DNA from: Narcine bancroftii
Lineage: Eukaryota
Length of the DNA stretch: 64,000 bases
Direction: 5' to 3'
NCBI RefSeq assembly: GCF_036971445.1
Contig: NC_091477.1
Coordinates: 44,144,001 to 44,208,000, forward strand
Shown piece by piece: positions 38,251 to 51,857 of this stretch. The translations under genes were made by a program, and so were the position numbers. The first letter of the stretch is position 1. Every line of letters starts with the position of its first letter. A model generated the notes under the pieces. The model did not search any database. It saw nothing but the letters and a program-made list of their open reading frames with translations, and was not told the DNA's origin.

Positions 38251-41184
38251 GAGTTTTCAGTTCAATACTCCGTTGGGAGAGAAACTCCCATCTGCTGCTA
38301 TAATGTTGTATTTGAGGCTATTGTCACATTTAACAATAAGGTCTGGAAACCTTGGCAAAGGATGAAGTGGTCAACTGAGTCAAAGTATAGAAATAGGTTG
38401 AGAAAGACAATGAGACAGATTGCTTTTGTCACTGTCTTGGAAATGAGAAAGAATTAGTGATTTTGATCACTGCTATTTTGTTTCTGTGGTGGGACAGAAA
38501 TCTATGGACAGAGAATCAAAAAGGAGTTCCCATATCTGGGAGATTTTAAAACGTTCTGGAATAACAGAAAAGGATTTGTACACAGTTTGATTTTTTGAGA
38601 CAGATGATGATGGTAGATTAGATAGACAGCAGAATAAGACACAAGCAGGAGTGAACTGGAGGCCAGAAAGGGAAGCTGAATGCTTGGTTGGAATAGGACT
38701 GAGGGAGCAAGGTTCGTTCACTTTAGGAATGAAGGGAATTAGAAGGGAAATTAGGGAAAGAGTTGGATGGAATATTAGGCCTGGACAGGTAGGGAAAGAA
38801 AGAGAGTGACAAAGCAATGAAAAATCAAAGTTTGAGGAACTTTATCTTCCATCTCCACAAACTGGAATACTGAATTCAGCGTTTTCAAATCACCAGCCTT
38901 TCCTCTTTGTGGCAAAACCAGACATTTCTGATGGAAAGTCATTCCCTTGTAGCATTATATTTTTCTCTCCACAGGTGCTGCCTGGTCTTTTGGCCATTTT
39001 TAACGTGTTGAGGTTTCAGTGACTGCTGTGTTCTTCCTCACAAGCAGCAACACGTTCGTTTTTTTTCCTCCCTAAATGACCTCAATCATCTACTGTGAAT
39101 GATGTAATCTGGATGGTCATGCTCTGCCGTCAGTCATTCCTACTCCCTTTTCCCCCTTCCACACATCACAACTCTATGGTAAGCATTATTATATTTCCGA
39201 CTCTGTTGAAGAGTTGTTGACCTGAAACCCTGATTGATTCTCCTTCACAGGTGCTGCCTGACCTGCTCAATAGTTCCATAATGTTTCAGATTTTCAGCAT
39301 TCATGTTTCTTTTCACTTGTGACACAATGTGACTCTGCCAGATTTGACAGTTGAGGTCCCCAGGTTTCAAATTGCAAAAATCAATTAGATTCTTGCTTCA
39401 AGTCCTTGCCAGAACCACATACATAGAATGTCAATTGCAGGCAGAAGGCTAACTGGTACCCCATGAAGGAGGAGATATTTCTCATTGGCTGTTAAGGCTC
39501 AAGTATGAACATTGCAATCTAATACCAGGAACCAATAGTTCAATGAGAAGCTGATGCTTTCTGGTGTGAATGAAACTGGTGAGTAAATTAAGTTTAAAGT
39601 AATCTCTTACAAGGTGGAACTGTAAACTAAGAAAACTGAATGAGTTTACAACCATCTCCAAGTCCAGAACCACCTAAAACTGCATCTAGTTTATTGTTGA
39701 AAGTCAAGAACCAAGGACTCACTCATGAATAGTGCATTTGTGTTTCAAATTATCTCTGGGTATGAGCAGGGATATCAGCATCCAAGGCATTTTACTCTTA
39801 GGGTAGCACAACATAAACATTGAGTACCATGGGTCAGCTGACAGAGTGGAATGAGGTAGCAAATACTTTAATTGAGTGCCACCCTACACATCCAGAGAAG
39901 AAAAGTTTCAGTGATAAAAGCTCCTCATACTGATACAGCAATAAACACTTTAGCTGAACGTTATTCCCGATCACTCTTGTACTCAATTTTAGAACTGTCT
40001 ATCCTTTGATCCTCCCTCCATATCTTTTTACTTTAGAAAGAAGCAACATGAGTTCACTAGTACGCTTAGGTCTACTTGGTATAAAACATGAAAAAAAAAT
40101 TAACCAAAATAAATTTGGCAAATAGTCCAAATATCATTTTGAGGAGTTGAGTGATAATTTATCCTGTTTGCAATTTTTCAAGGGAATCAAAAATGCCCTC
40201 AAAACCTTTAAAAAAAAAATCTCCTCTGACATAAGAATCTGTGGCATGAGACTCTTCAAATTGATAGAAAAGTAGTCTTCGGAGGGGACATGGTTACAAG
40301 ATATTGGGTCAGGTGTATAGAAAAGAGATATCTCTTTCAATTGAGTTGGAAATCTTTGTGTTTTTACATTTAGTGCTTGTTGGATGCTCAGTTACTTAGT
40401 ATATTTTCAGATCAGAACAGAGATTTAGACATTGGTGGAATCAAAACGATCTATAATTTTATTGAGTGGCTGAGGTGACATGGCCCAACCCAACCACAAT
40501 GTTGTATGTTCTGATGTTTAAGTCCTCTGTTATAGTCATAGAGAGATACAGTACAATATAGAAACAGGCTCTTCAGCCCACCAAGTCTGCACCAAATATC
40601 AACCAGCCATTTACAGTAATCCTACATAAATCCATTCTCCTTATTTCCCAGATTTTATCATTCACTGACACATTAGGAACAATGTCCAGTGGCCCATTAA
40701 CCTCCCACTGTGCTTATGAATAATGGTAGTTGAAATAAAAGGAGCTTAACAGAATGAATATTGGGAAGGAGGTTGTTTCCCTTGTGTAGAAAAAAACCAT
40801 AAAAAGGGTACACTCTTGTGGGATAAGGAGCTGGATATTTGAGATGGAAGAGAAGGCAAGTGGCATATCTTTGGAACACTCAACACAAGAAAGCTATGGA
40901 TCCTGAGTCCGTGATTAGATTCAAGTCTGAGATTGATTGAAATTTTGAATCGGTGGATTTCACATAGAAGATCAGACATGCTGTATACATGCTCCAATTT
41001 GTTTTGTGTTCCTAAGGTTGAAATGTAAATGGAAATTACTTCCTTAAGTTTTCTGTCAATAAAGCATGTTAACTAAAAATAATCTTGGCAGCATTTCTGA
41101 TCCATTACATAAACACAGTAAGTAAATGGTACACAGCCGTGCATTGAGACAAATGGATCATAGAGTCATTGAGAACAGAAATAA

Positions 41185-41328
41185 AGAGGCCAAATACTGC
41201 TCCAACTCCATTTATAAGTTTGCAGATGACATTACCATGATAGGTCAGATCTCAAACCATGATGAGATGGCACACAGGAAGGAGACAGAGAATCTGGTGC
41301 CTCTGGGTCAGGAAAACAACCTCTATCT
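41185..41328 (+). mobile_element. Rex1-like RT fragment, target of the adjacent LTR insertion
   Basis: SNSIYKFADDITMIGQISNHDE..RKETENLV...ENNL. Confidence 0.75.
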
Positions 41329-42085
41329 TGTGGTGGTTCACATAATTGATGAACAGGTGAACCAGTTCCGTGAGTCACACGTGCGTCAGTGGAGCAGCCG
41401 CATCAAGCATGGCACTGCGCGTTCATCTCCTCCAGAGGAGGCTCCAGGCCCGCATACACACTGACTGCGCAGTGGCGTCACACGGACGCAGCTTCCAGCA
41501 TAGAGGTGCGGCTTTCAATGACTTTAAAGTGCAGCACGTGAAAGAAAAATAAACTTTCAAGTGAAGTTGACTCCACCGATTGCTGGTCTCTTTTGTTCAC
41601 TCCGCTAGCATACCATTACATTGGTAACCCCAATGGGTTTCAGACGTCTCTGAACCCCTCAACATGGATGCTGCAGCAGTTAATGCAGTAGCGCTAAAAC
41701 TATTTACTTTCTGGACACTCAGCCCCCGTACCTGGTTCGAACGGGTGGAGGCACAGTTCCAGATAAAGCAAATTACCTCTGACTCCACCAAATACTGCCA
41801 TGTCGTCAGCTCTTTGGACCAGGAAACTGCAGCCAGAGTGGACAACCTCATACAAAACCCACCAGGGAAGGTAAATAAAACGGGCTTAAGTCGATGTTCA
41901 TCAGCACCTATGGGCTCTCCAGGCATGACAGGACAGCCAGGCTCATGCCCCTGAATGACCTGGGAGACCAAATGCCACTGGCAGAGGGCTACAGGCCATG
42001 CCTTATGTTTAAGCAGGCGTTTTTAGGGCAGCTACCGGATGATATCCAGTTGCTGCTGGCTGACATGAATTTCAGCGACCCCAGT
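41329..42085 (+). mobile_element. 3'-truncated CsRn1-like Gypsy (5' LTR, PBS, gag fragment)
   Basis: LTR 41329-41620 (TG..CA); PBS TGGTAACCCC; gag MDAAAVNAVALKLFTFW..TWFERVEAQF. Confidence 0.85.
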
Positions 42086-42159
42086 AGAATTTCTACTTAA
42101 CAGAGTGGAAAAAAACTGTACACAGGTAAAGATATGTATACAAAAGAGAGAAATGTAAA

Positions 42160-42840
42160 ACCATAGAACATTACAGCACAGAAACAGGCCCCTTCAGCCC
42201 TTCTAGTCTATGCCAAACAATTTTTTTGCCTAGTCCCACTGACCTGCACCCAGACCATAGCCCTCCATACCTTTCCCATTCATGTACCTATGCAAAATCT
42301 TCTTAAATATAAAATTGAGCCAATATTCACCACTTAAGCTGGCAGGTCATTTCACACTCCCACCACTCTCTGAGTAAAAAAGTTTTCTCTCATGTTCTTC
42401 CAAACCTTTTACCCTTTCACTCTTAACCTATGTCCTCTGGTTTGTATCTCACCAACTCTCAGTGGAAAAAAGCCTATATACATTTACTCTGTCTATCCCC
42501 CTCATAATTTTAAATACCTCTATCAGATCTGTCCTCATTCTTCTATGTTCCAGGGAATAAAGTCCTAACCTGTTTAACCTTTTCCTGTAAGTCAATTCCT
42601 GAAATCCAGGCAACATCCTAGTAAATCTATCTTATTGATATCTTTCCTGTAGTTAGGTGACCAAAACTCCACACAATACTCCAAATTTGGCCTTGCCAAT
42701 GTCTTATAAACTTTACAATAAAATCCCAATTCCTCTACTCAATACTTTGATTTATGAAGGCCAATATGCTAAAAGCTCTCTTTACAACCCTATTCACCTG
42801 TGACGCCACTTTCTGGGAATTATGGATCTGATTTCCCAGA
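42160..42840 (-). mobile_element. CR1 3' fragment
   Basis: Reverse complement of the CR1 RT C-terminus (PNLEYCVEFWSPNYRKD) and 3'UTR. Confidence 0.8.
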
Positions 42841-42844
42841 TAAG

Positions 42845-44660
42845 AAATAGATACAGAAGATAAATATTCAATTATAAATAATGTGCAAAGTTTCCGTTCT
42901 TAAATGAGTCCCAGATTGAGTTTGTGTGTAGCCACTGCTCCTGAACCTGGTGCTGTGAGTCTTATGGCACATGTACCTCTTCCTCATGGCAACAGCAACA
43001 AGAGCATGTCCTGGAGGATCCTTGATGAATGATGTCGGATGGCAGCATTCTATGTAATTTTTCTCAATAGTGGGAGAGTTTTGCTTGTGATGTGCTGGGC
43101 TGTGTCCATTGCCTTTTGCTGGGCTTTCCATTCAGAGCTATTGGTGCCCCCATACTAGGGAATGAAGCAGCCAGTCAGCACACATATCTATAAAAGTTTG
43201 CCAAAGTTTTTGATGTCATACCAAGCCTTTGCAAACCCTTGAGGAAGTTGAGGCATTGATGTGCTTTCTTCATGATGTTATTTGTGTGTTGGGTTCAGGA
43301 AAGGTCCCCAGAGATAGTGACTTGCAGGAATTTAAATTTGCTCACCCTCTCCACTTCTGATCACCCAATAATCACTGGATTGCACACCTTTGGTTTTCCC
43401 CTCTGAAAGTCCACAATCAGCTCCTTGGTTTTGGTGACAGTGAGTGCGATGTTTTTGTTATTACACCATTCAGTCAAGTTTAATCTCCCTCCTGTATGTT
43501 GATTCATCACCTCTTTTTATTCAACCCACTAGCATGGTATCATCAGCACATTTGTAGACGGTGTTGTCGTACCAAGCCAAACAGTCATAGTTATGAAGCG
43601 AGTAGACCAGGGGGCTAAGAACGCAGCCCTGATGGAGATTGTGGAGGAGATGTTCTTACCAATCCACACTGACTGTGGTCTGGATGTGAGGTATTGAGAC
43701 CCAGGTCTTGGAGTGTGTTGATCAGCTTTGAGGTGACGACAGTGTTGAATGCTGAACTGTACTTGATAAAGAGCATCCTGAGGAAGTTGAGGCACTGATG
43801 TGCTTTCTTCATGATGTTATTTGTGTGTTGGGTTCAGGAAAGGTCCCCAGAGATAGTGACTTGCAGGAATTTAAAGATGTATGCATCTTTGCTGCCCAGG
43901 TGTTCCAGGAATTTGCGTAGAGCCAGTGAGATGGCATCTGCCATAGACCTGTTGCTGTGGTAGGCAAATCGGAATGGATCCATGTCGCCTCTCAGACAGA
44001 AGTTGATATACCAGCCTTTAAAAACATTTCATCACTTTGCATGCGAGTGCCACTGGTTGGTAGTCATTTAGGCAGGTTACCACACATTTCTTGGACACCA
44101 GTAAAATTGAGGTCTGTTTGAAACATGTGGCTACCATGCTCTGTCGGAGTGAGATGTTGATGATATCCGTGAATATGTTGGCAAGATGGTCAGCACGGGT
44201 TTTCAGTACTCAGTGGGTTGTTCTGTCTGAACTAGATGTTGTCCTTCGATTCTCCTGAAGGCAGCCCGCATATCATCCTCAGATACTGACAGTAGAGGAT
44301 CATCAGGGTACATGGGGACGCTCAGCAGTTCTTCCTTGTTCTAGTGGACAACTTGGGCTTAGCAAGCAATGAGTTTAACTGGGAGTGAAGCTTTTCTGTC
44401 TCCTACTGCAACCAGATTTGGTTTTGTCACTTGGGCTCTGCCACAGGTGTCAGATATCCTTTGTTGTTTCCATTCTTGTCCAGAATCTTCACTTTGCCCA
44501 GGAGATGGCTTTCTATAGGTCATTCCTGCTCCTTGTGAAGTGTTCTGGACTTTTGGATTTAAATGTTTGTGATTTGGCTCTCAACAGGTTCTGGATTTCA
44601 TTAGTCATCCAGGGCTTCTGGTTAGAGAAAACCCTGAACAATTTAGTCGGGGCTGACCAC
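42845..44660 (-). mobile_element. Rex1/Babar LINE fragment
   Basis: Similar to 8605-9930 (GDMDPFRFAY, MLFI-YSSAFNT, KKAHQ-LNFLR-L). Confidence 0.85.
43779..43875 (+). repeat. 97-bp direct duplicate of 43240-43336 inserted into Rex1
   Basis: One mismatch over 97 bp; interrupts GAGCATCCTGA|TGTATGCATC. Confidence 0.9.
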
Positions 44661-46144
44661 CTATGGGAGAATTATCAACTTATATTTTCATTTGATCTTT
44701 CCATTCACTACACAGATAAGTATTTGGTTAAATATAAGGATAAGGACTAAGTTTAAACAAAGGGATTTGGTTCAAGATGGTTTACCTTGGTTTATGATAG
44801 CCTTTTTAAAACAATTTCCATTAACGCAGCACCTTTAACCATGCAAAAACATTGCAAAATGCTTCACAAAAGCAGTGTGAAACAAAAAAAATGATGCCCC
44901 TTCACATCAGATAACGATAAAAACACAGAAATGATGAAGGAGCTCAGCAGGTCTTGCATCGTCCATAGGAAGTAAAAATATATAACCCTTCCTTAAGGGA
45001 TCGTCAGATAATGATGTTTATATGTTTGAACTGTATCACAGAAGTATGTTTAAACCAGGTCTTAAATGAAAAAAGAGAGTTAGAGCTGGAGTTTTGGGTG
45101 AGAATTCATTAGGTCGGAATCTTGGCACATGATCAAGATTAAAACAATTTAATTCAGGAATTCTCCAAACATCTGTGGTGGATGAATGCAGGTACCTTAT
45201 ATAGTTAGAAGTCTGGAGGGGTGGAAAGGAAGGGAGGGTCAAAAATCAGAGGGAGATTTAAAAACCTGGATGAGAATTTTAAAGTAATTGCTTAAACTGG
45301 ATTCAGCATTAGTCAGCAAGCAAAGCGGTGATGCATTTATAGGCCTATGCAAACAGACCACCACCCGCAGAATTTTATAGAATGTCGAATATGCAAATTG
45401 GGTAGCAATCCATTGGAACTGGCAAATCTGGAGACAGCAAAGCCATCAAGGTGGGGTTCATCAACCAATGAGTAGGTGCAGAGTCAGGCAAAGTACTCAG
45501 GAACCCTCATTCATGATCAGGTGTGTGGACTGAAACTAAGCAGACACCAGGTTTGTGAAGAGTGGTTAAATTTCAGAAAATTGCTAGGGAATAAAAGATT
45601 AAAGATTTGGGAAGAGAGTTTGTCAAAAACTATCTTCGTTGGCCATAAACTCCATCCAGCTCACTGCAGACTTTCAAACAAAATAGACTGCTACAAACTT
45701 GCGGACATTTTTGACCATGTTTGGTCTTTTCACAATTAGTTTGTCAGGATATTGTTGGTCATGGTCCTACTACTGATGGGATAACCTTGGTTTAATATAT
45801 GTGTAGCTGTGGTCCAAAACTTATTGCTCTTTCACATGTATGGCAAACTGGCCAATTGGATCTAAGCATCAGCTCAAACGAACAGACCTCAATAATAGTC
45901 ACTGTGGCAATTAAATAAATTTTTGTCTTCACTATTTGATTGGTAAACTGGTTGAATTTCCTACCTATTATAGAAGCTGATTCATTTTCAAAACAAAACC
46001 CAGGTGGTAGATTCTGTGAAAAGCATACGATTCAGTCGGACAGACTATTCCCAGGTGCAAATGATAAAAATCTTATAATGAGATATGAGTGTGTTATAAC
46101 TTCAGCCTGCTGCTAAATCCACCATTGCAAAAGAAAATAAGTCC

Positions 46145-48350
46145 AGAGACAAAGGAGCAGAAGTTCAGCCCATCGAGTCTGCCCCATGATTTAATCACGA
46201 GCTGATCCACTTTCCCACTCAGCCCTACCGCTCGGCCTTCTCCCCATAATCTTTCATGCCCTGGCTAATCAAGAACCTATCACCCAAACACTTGGCCTCC
46301 ACAGTCACTGTTTTTCAAAAATTTCACATTCCTCTAACTTCCGATTAATTTTTGCTTCTTTTTATTCCCTCTTTTTTTGCTTTTACATTAGCTTTGAGTT
46401 CCCTTGTCAGCCACAGTTGTGACACTTTTCTATTTGAATATTTCCACTTTTTTGGTATGTATCCTGCACCTTCCTAATTTCTTGCAGAAACTCCATCCAC
46501 TGTCTTTCCTACTTGTGTCCCTTTCCAATCTACTTTTGCCAGTTTCCCTTTCATGTCTTTACTCCACTGAAATCTTACTTTAGTTTCTCCTTGTTGAATC
46601 TCAAATTGAACTCAGTCATTTAGTGATCACTGCCCCACCAGTGGTTCCTTTACTCGAAGATCTCTAATCACCTCTGGTGCATTACCCAATGCCCAATCCA
46701 ATGCAGCCGATCCCCTAGTGGGTTCATCAACAAGCTGCTCTAAAAAGTCATCTTGTAGGCTTTCTACAAATCTTCTCTCTTGAGATTCTGACCCAACCTT
46801 GTTTTCCCAATCTAATTGCATGTTAAAATTCCCCATGACTACCACAACATTGCCCTTCTGACACACTTTTTCTATTTGCTATTATAATTTGTTGTCCACC
46901 CTTTGAGGTCTGTATATAACTATCAACAATATATTTTCACCCTTGCTATTTCTTAACTCAACCCACAATGATTCCATATATTCTGATTCTGTGGCACTTC
47001 TTTCTAATGATTTAATGTTCTTCCTTACCAACAGAGCCACCCCCTACCCACCCCCCTGCTTGCCTGCCTATCTTTTCGATATACTGTGATTCCTTGGACA
47101 TTAAGCTCCCAATTACATCCATCCTTTAGCTATGACTCAGTGATGGCTAATATATTATACCTGCCAACGTGTAGCTGTGCAATAAGGTCATCCACTTTAT
47201 TTCTTATGCTGTGTGCATTTAAATACAAACTACCAAGGATATATCTAGGGGATGACAGGCATGGCACGTGCCCTGGGCACCACTTAAAGGGGGTACCACA
47301 TGAAGTACCACCCCCGTCAGCGCCGCTGCTCCTCCCAGTCAGTGCTGCTGCCACCACACCCCCAGTCAATATCATCGCCACCCCCCCCCCTGCCCAGGTC
47401 AGTGCCACACCCACCCCCCCCCCCCCCATACACCCTTACTTGTCCTACTATTCACTCTCAACTTATACAATTCCAATTACAACATGGCGGCTACCAAGGC
47501 CAGCTTTTGTCGCTTTTTATTTTGCTGCATTGGCTACCCCTGCCAAAGGCATTATTTTATGGAAGTACACCCCTGCAAACCATTTAGATCTTCATTTCTT
47601 ACTTTCCTGCTTTTGGCTGCAATTACTGAATAAACCTTTAGAAGTTTCAGTTTAAAATTACTTTTCACAATCTAAATTGCATAATTGCATTCTGTCTGTC
47701 CAACTCATCCTGCTGGCTGTAATTTTCCCCTATCTGCCTGTCCTTCCACTCAAACTCCCGACAAGCCTGTTCCTTCTTGTGCACCAACCATCTCCCTCTG
47801 CTTCTTCACTTTGGTTTCCATCCCCCTGTGAATCTAGTTTTACACTACCCACTCCCCACCCACCACAGAATTAGCAAACCTCCCTGGCAGGAATATTGGT
47901 TCCTTTTGAGTTCAGGTGCAACCCATCCGATGTGTACAGGTCACCCCTTCCCCAGAAAAGGTTCCAGTGATTCAAGAACTTGAAATCCTGTTCCCTGTAC
48001 CATGTCTTCAGCCACACATTTGTCTACATTATCTTTCTGTTCTGACCTTCTCTAGCTTGTTGCAATGGGAATAATCCAGAGTAATTCAGAGATTAGGACC
48101 TTGGAGCTCCTGCTCTTCAGCCTCTTTCCTAACTCCCTAAATGTACTTTGTAGGACCTCTACCCCACTCCAACCTATGTTATTCATCCCAATATCTAGAA
48201 CAACTTTTGGCTGCTCACCCTTCCCCTTAAGAATATTCTCTCCCACTCAGTCATACTGGACCCAAGTACCTGGGAGGCAACACACTATTCTGGAGTCTCT
48301 TGCAGCCACAGATTCTCCCATCTGTTCCCTTGATTATTGAGTCCCTTATG
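46145..48350 (-). mobile_element. CR1 remnants (ORF1 SGNH-like region, endonuclease start, 3' tail) with an insertion at about 47232-47640
   Basis: PKVVLDIGMNNIG..STFRELGKRLKSRSSKVLIS; YLNAHSIRNKVDDL..ILAITES; VVMGNFN; PTRGSAALD. Confidence 0.8.
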
Positions 48351-49424
48351 ACAGCAAATGCCTGAAATAGTCTAAACTGCAATTTTAATGTAGGTGGATT
48401 TAAACATTTCGAATGGGAACTTTGAAAGAAACATGCCCCACCTGAAAAAAAATACTTTAATTGGTGCATTTTCTATCACTTATGAGTTAAAAGGAATTTT
48501 GTTCTTCGAGCCAAAAATATTGTTTGAAATACTAGCAGATCTTTCAGGATACATAATTGTAGTTTCATTGACCAGAATATAAATTTGCAGCATCCACTTT
48601 CCTTCATTAGGCTATTTAACTGGTCAAATAAAATGATGTTAAATTGTCGAATGTCACCTATGAAAGGAATTTAACCCCAGATACACGATGCTAAACTGTG
48701 AGCAAAAACTTTCTACAACATAAACCTCCAGTAATCCCAAGTGGAAATGCATGTTTTATTGGCAAGACAATGCTTGCTTATTATCATATTTGTCTCTATG
48801 CCAGGCCCCAAGGCAGCCAAAGTCAAGGAGCAGATTACCTTGTCAAGATTAGGTTGATTTAAGTATGTTAAGAAAATATTTTTTCAATTTTAAATAGCTT
48901 CATAAGTGTGAGTCAAAAGGCTCTAGATCTTGCAATCACACTGATAGATTGGCTTGTCTTATTTAAAATATCATGAATTTCAAACAATTTTGCTTTGAAG
49001 TGCCTTCCTGCTTCATTATGAGTCCTGGCTCATCCAAATTTCCAAAATGATAAGTTACAATTTGGCTTCCTTCTCAGATCTGCAGACAATTCCCACTGTC
49101 TATTTTTTTAAATATTCTCATCCCCTAGGCCAAATAGGCTCCCCACACTTGGTGAGTTTAATTTCCTCTCAATTCACCCTCCCAAATTCACACTTTCTCC
49201 TCATTTCTCTAGACATTTTCATGGCAACTTTCTTCACTTTTGAACTGATGTCTCGTCATCATAACCAGTTTCTTGCATCCCTCACTGGCAGGTTACCAGG
49301 CCATGATGATAGCTATAGCATTCCCCAAAATTTCCATGACATAAGACCACATTTTCTTTCCAAGTAACATGATCAGATAATTTTATAAAACAGAAAAAAG
49401 GTTCGTCTTTCCGAAGCAGAAACA

Positions 49425-50218
49425 GAATCATAATCAGAACTTTTTTGCCACGAACGAGTCACAGAATTCAGGGTTTTGCGGTAACATCATGGTGCAAACA
49501 TTCATATTATAAACCATTTTACAACAATAAATAAAAATTTTTCAAAATAGTGCATGAAGAGCAAGGCCATGTCTTGGTTCATTGAGTATTCAGGAATCTG
49601 ATGGCAGCGGGGAAGAAACTGTCCCTCTGCCGCTGAGTGCTCTTCTTTAGGCCCTGTACCATTTTCCTGATGTTATCAGAGTGAAGAGATGGTGGGGATC
49701 TTTGAGGAGAGAGGCTGCTTTTTTAAGACACCGCCTCAAAGATGTCCTCGATGGATTGAAGTCTGGTGCCTGTGATGTCACAGGCTGAGGTAACAACTCT
49801 CTGGAATTTATTCTTGTCCAGAGAGTTGATGCCTCCATACCAGACAGTAGCCACTTTCAGGTGGAATAGCTGGGAGAATGTGGCTCTAGAGTTGGCTGCG
49901 GGTGTGTGCGATTCAGGTGGCTGCACTGAAGGAGCTGTTCTGGCACCTGAAAGGTCCACAGCGGGGAGAGGCGCCGTGGAGCAAACGCCGGCTCCTGTCG
50001 ACTGTGGCCGTAGTCCCGCCCACTTTCAGGTGTCTATGGGGAGCGCTTGGAAGCGGAGAATACACCTATCCAAGGAGGGTTGGGTAAGTACTCCTCAGGT
50101 CAGGGTTCTCCGCTTTCAGGTGGCCTCCCAACAGCCGCATTCGGGTATTTTAGGTGGCTTTACGTTGGGGTATTCTGGCCACCTGAAAGCGGTTAGTGAT
50201 GCAACCAGACAGAATGCA
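49425..50218 (-). mobile_element. Rex1 3' fragment hosting a MITE
   Basis: TVWYGG..DKNKFQRVV and RRCLKKAASLLKDPHH..SGKWYR; CAGAATCA-type tail. Confidence 0.8.
49849..50194. mobile_element. 346-bp PIF/Harbinger-like MITE
   Basis: TIRs AGCCACTTTCAGGTGG and CCACCTGAAAGCGGTT; 3-bp TSD AGT (49846-49848, 50195-50197); internal TTCAGGTG repeats. Confidence 0.85.
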
Positions 50219-51743
50219 ATTAATCAATTTAGATTGTGAAAAGTAATTTTAAACTGAAACTTCTAAAAGTTTATTCAGTAATTGCAATCAAAAGCAGGAA
50301 AGTTATTGGTAGACAAGCAATCCATTACTGGAATGTAGAGGCTTGTGCACTGGTGATTTCTTTGATTTTGTATTGTTAGGTAAATGATAGCATACTTCTT
50401 TTGAACAGGTAAAATGAGTTGGAAGCAGTGGAAAATCACATAGCTTGCCGAAGACAAGTTATGTGGCAAAATCAGTCGTTGGAATTTTGAGATTAGGGAG
50501 GGGGTGTATGGTTGAAGGACAGGAGGGGTTACCACAGGAGCATTCATCACAGTACAACACAGGAAAAGATCCTTCAGCCCATGTGCCTGTGCCAAACATG
50601 AACGCTCATTCAAACTAAAACTGTTGTGTGCACTTGATAGATATCCTTCCATCTTCTTCATATTCATGTGTCTCTCCAGAAGCCGCTTAAAAGTTACCCT
50701 TATATTTACTGGATTTCTAACCTATCTACCAGATTCATTGTATTTCCTATTCAGAAGTGAAAGGTACATGGTGACTTACCGCAGAAACATCTTAATATAC
50801 AATAATTAAAATTATAGCCAAAAGATGTTTTACAAGAAGTGAATTTCTGGCCCAGATCATCATGCTTTCATATGGAAATAATGGGAAAGAAGTGGCACCG
50901 TGTGCTGCTGGACAGTGCTGCTCACAATGGAACAATACAAGTTTGTATCCACCAGGGGATGAATATTCATCTTGAGCGTCAACACAAATGATAGTAAATT
51001 AGCAGCCTGCTTTCACCATTGAAGCCATAAATCGTCTATCATTTTACTATTGCCAAATATGTATTACAATCAAAGCCAAATATGTACTTCTAAAATTATG
51101 TTCAGCAATGAGCAATATGCAGTGAAATGCTAATATTTATACAAACATCTGTTACTGGAATTAGGCTGGTGATGTGGAGGGTATATTTACCTGTCAAGTA
51201 TGGTGCCTCATTTAACGGATTGAGTTGTTTACACAGCATCTCCTAGACAGACCCAGTTGGTGCTGGGTATTAACACATTCCTTTCTGCAGTACACCACAG
51301 CTTTGTGCTTTTTATGCCTGAAATGCACTTGAGATACTGCCAGTTAAGACCTCACAGGATTCCTGTTTGGAATTAATGAGCATTCCTTTCCAATAGAGGT
51401 GGAGATTGAGAGAAGCAGAATCGCCTGATCAGTCAGAGGTCCTGGCATTCTCACTTTGATATGCTGTTTATCCTGCTTGTGAGACAGTGTTCCCCATTCT
51501 CAGTCTGTTGAGCCATGACTGAGCAAACTTGCCATTCAACTGAATCAAGAAAAGATTATGTTGATGAGCTTAAGTGATGTGCCCTTCACTTCAGTGTAAA
51601 CTGGAATGTTGATCTGAACATTGCAAAACTATGGTGCACTGGTTTGTTCTCACACATGAACTCCTCATTGATTGAATAACAATAAGATGGCTGAGCAATG
51701 TAACCCTAGACCTTCAGCAGTGAATTTTCTCATTTTAAAATTG

Positions 51744-51770
<27 letters not shown>
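51744..51770. repeat. (CT)n microsatellite
   Basis: Directly visible. Confidence 0.95.
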
Positions 51771-51774
<4 letters not shown>

Positions 51775-51857
51775 TATTAAGAAATTGGCTGCTTCTTGGG
51801 TAATGAAAATGCAGAAAAGTAAAAGCATAATGTTGATGAAAAGTTAGCATAAATCTC

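Noticed and set aside
47086-47655. 189-aa Pro-rich ORF
   Set aside because: It is a chimera of antisense CR1 and a C-rich inserted repeat; no recognisable domain.
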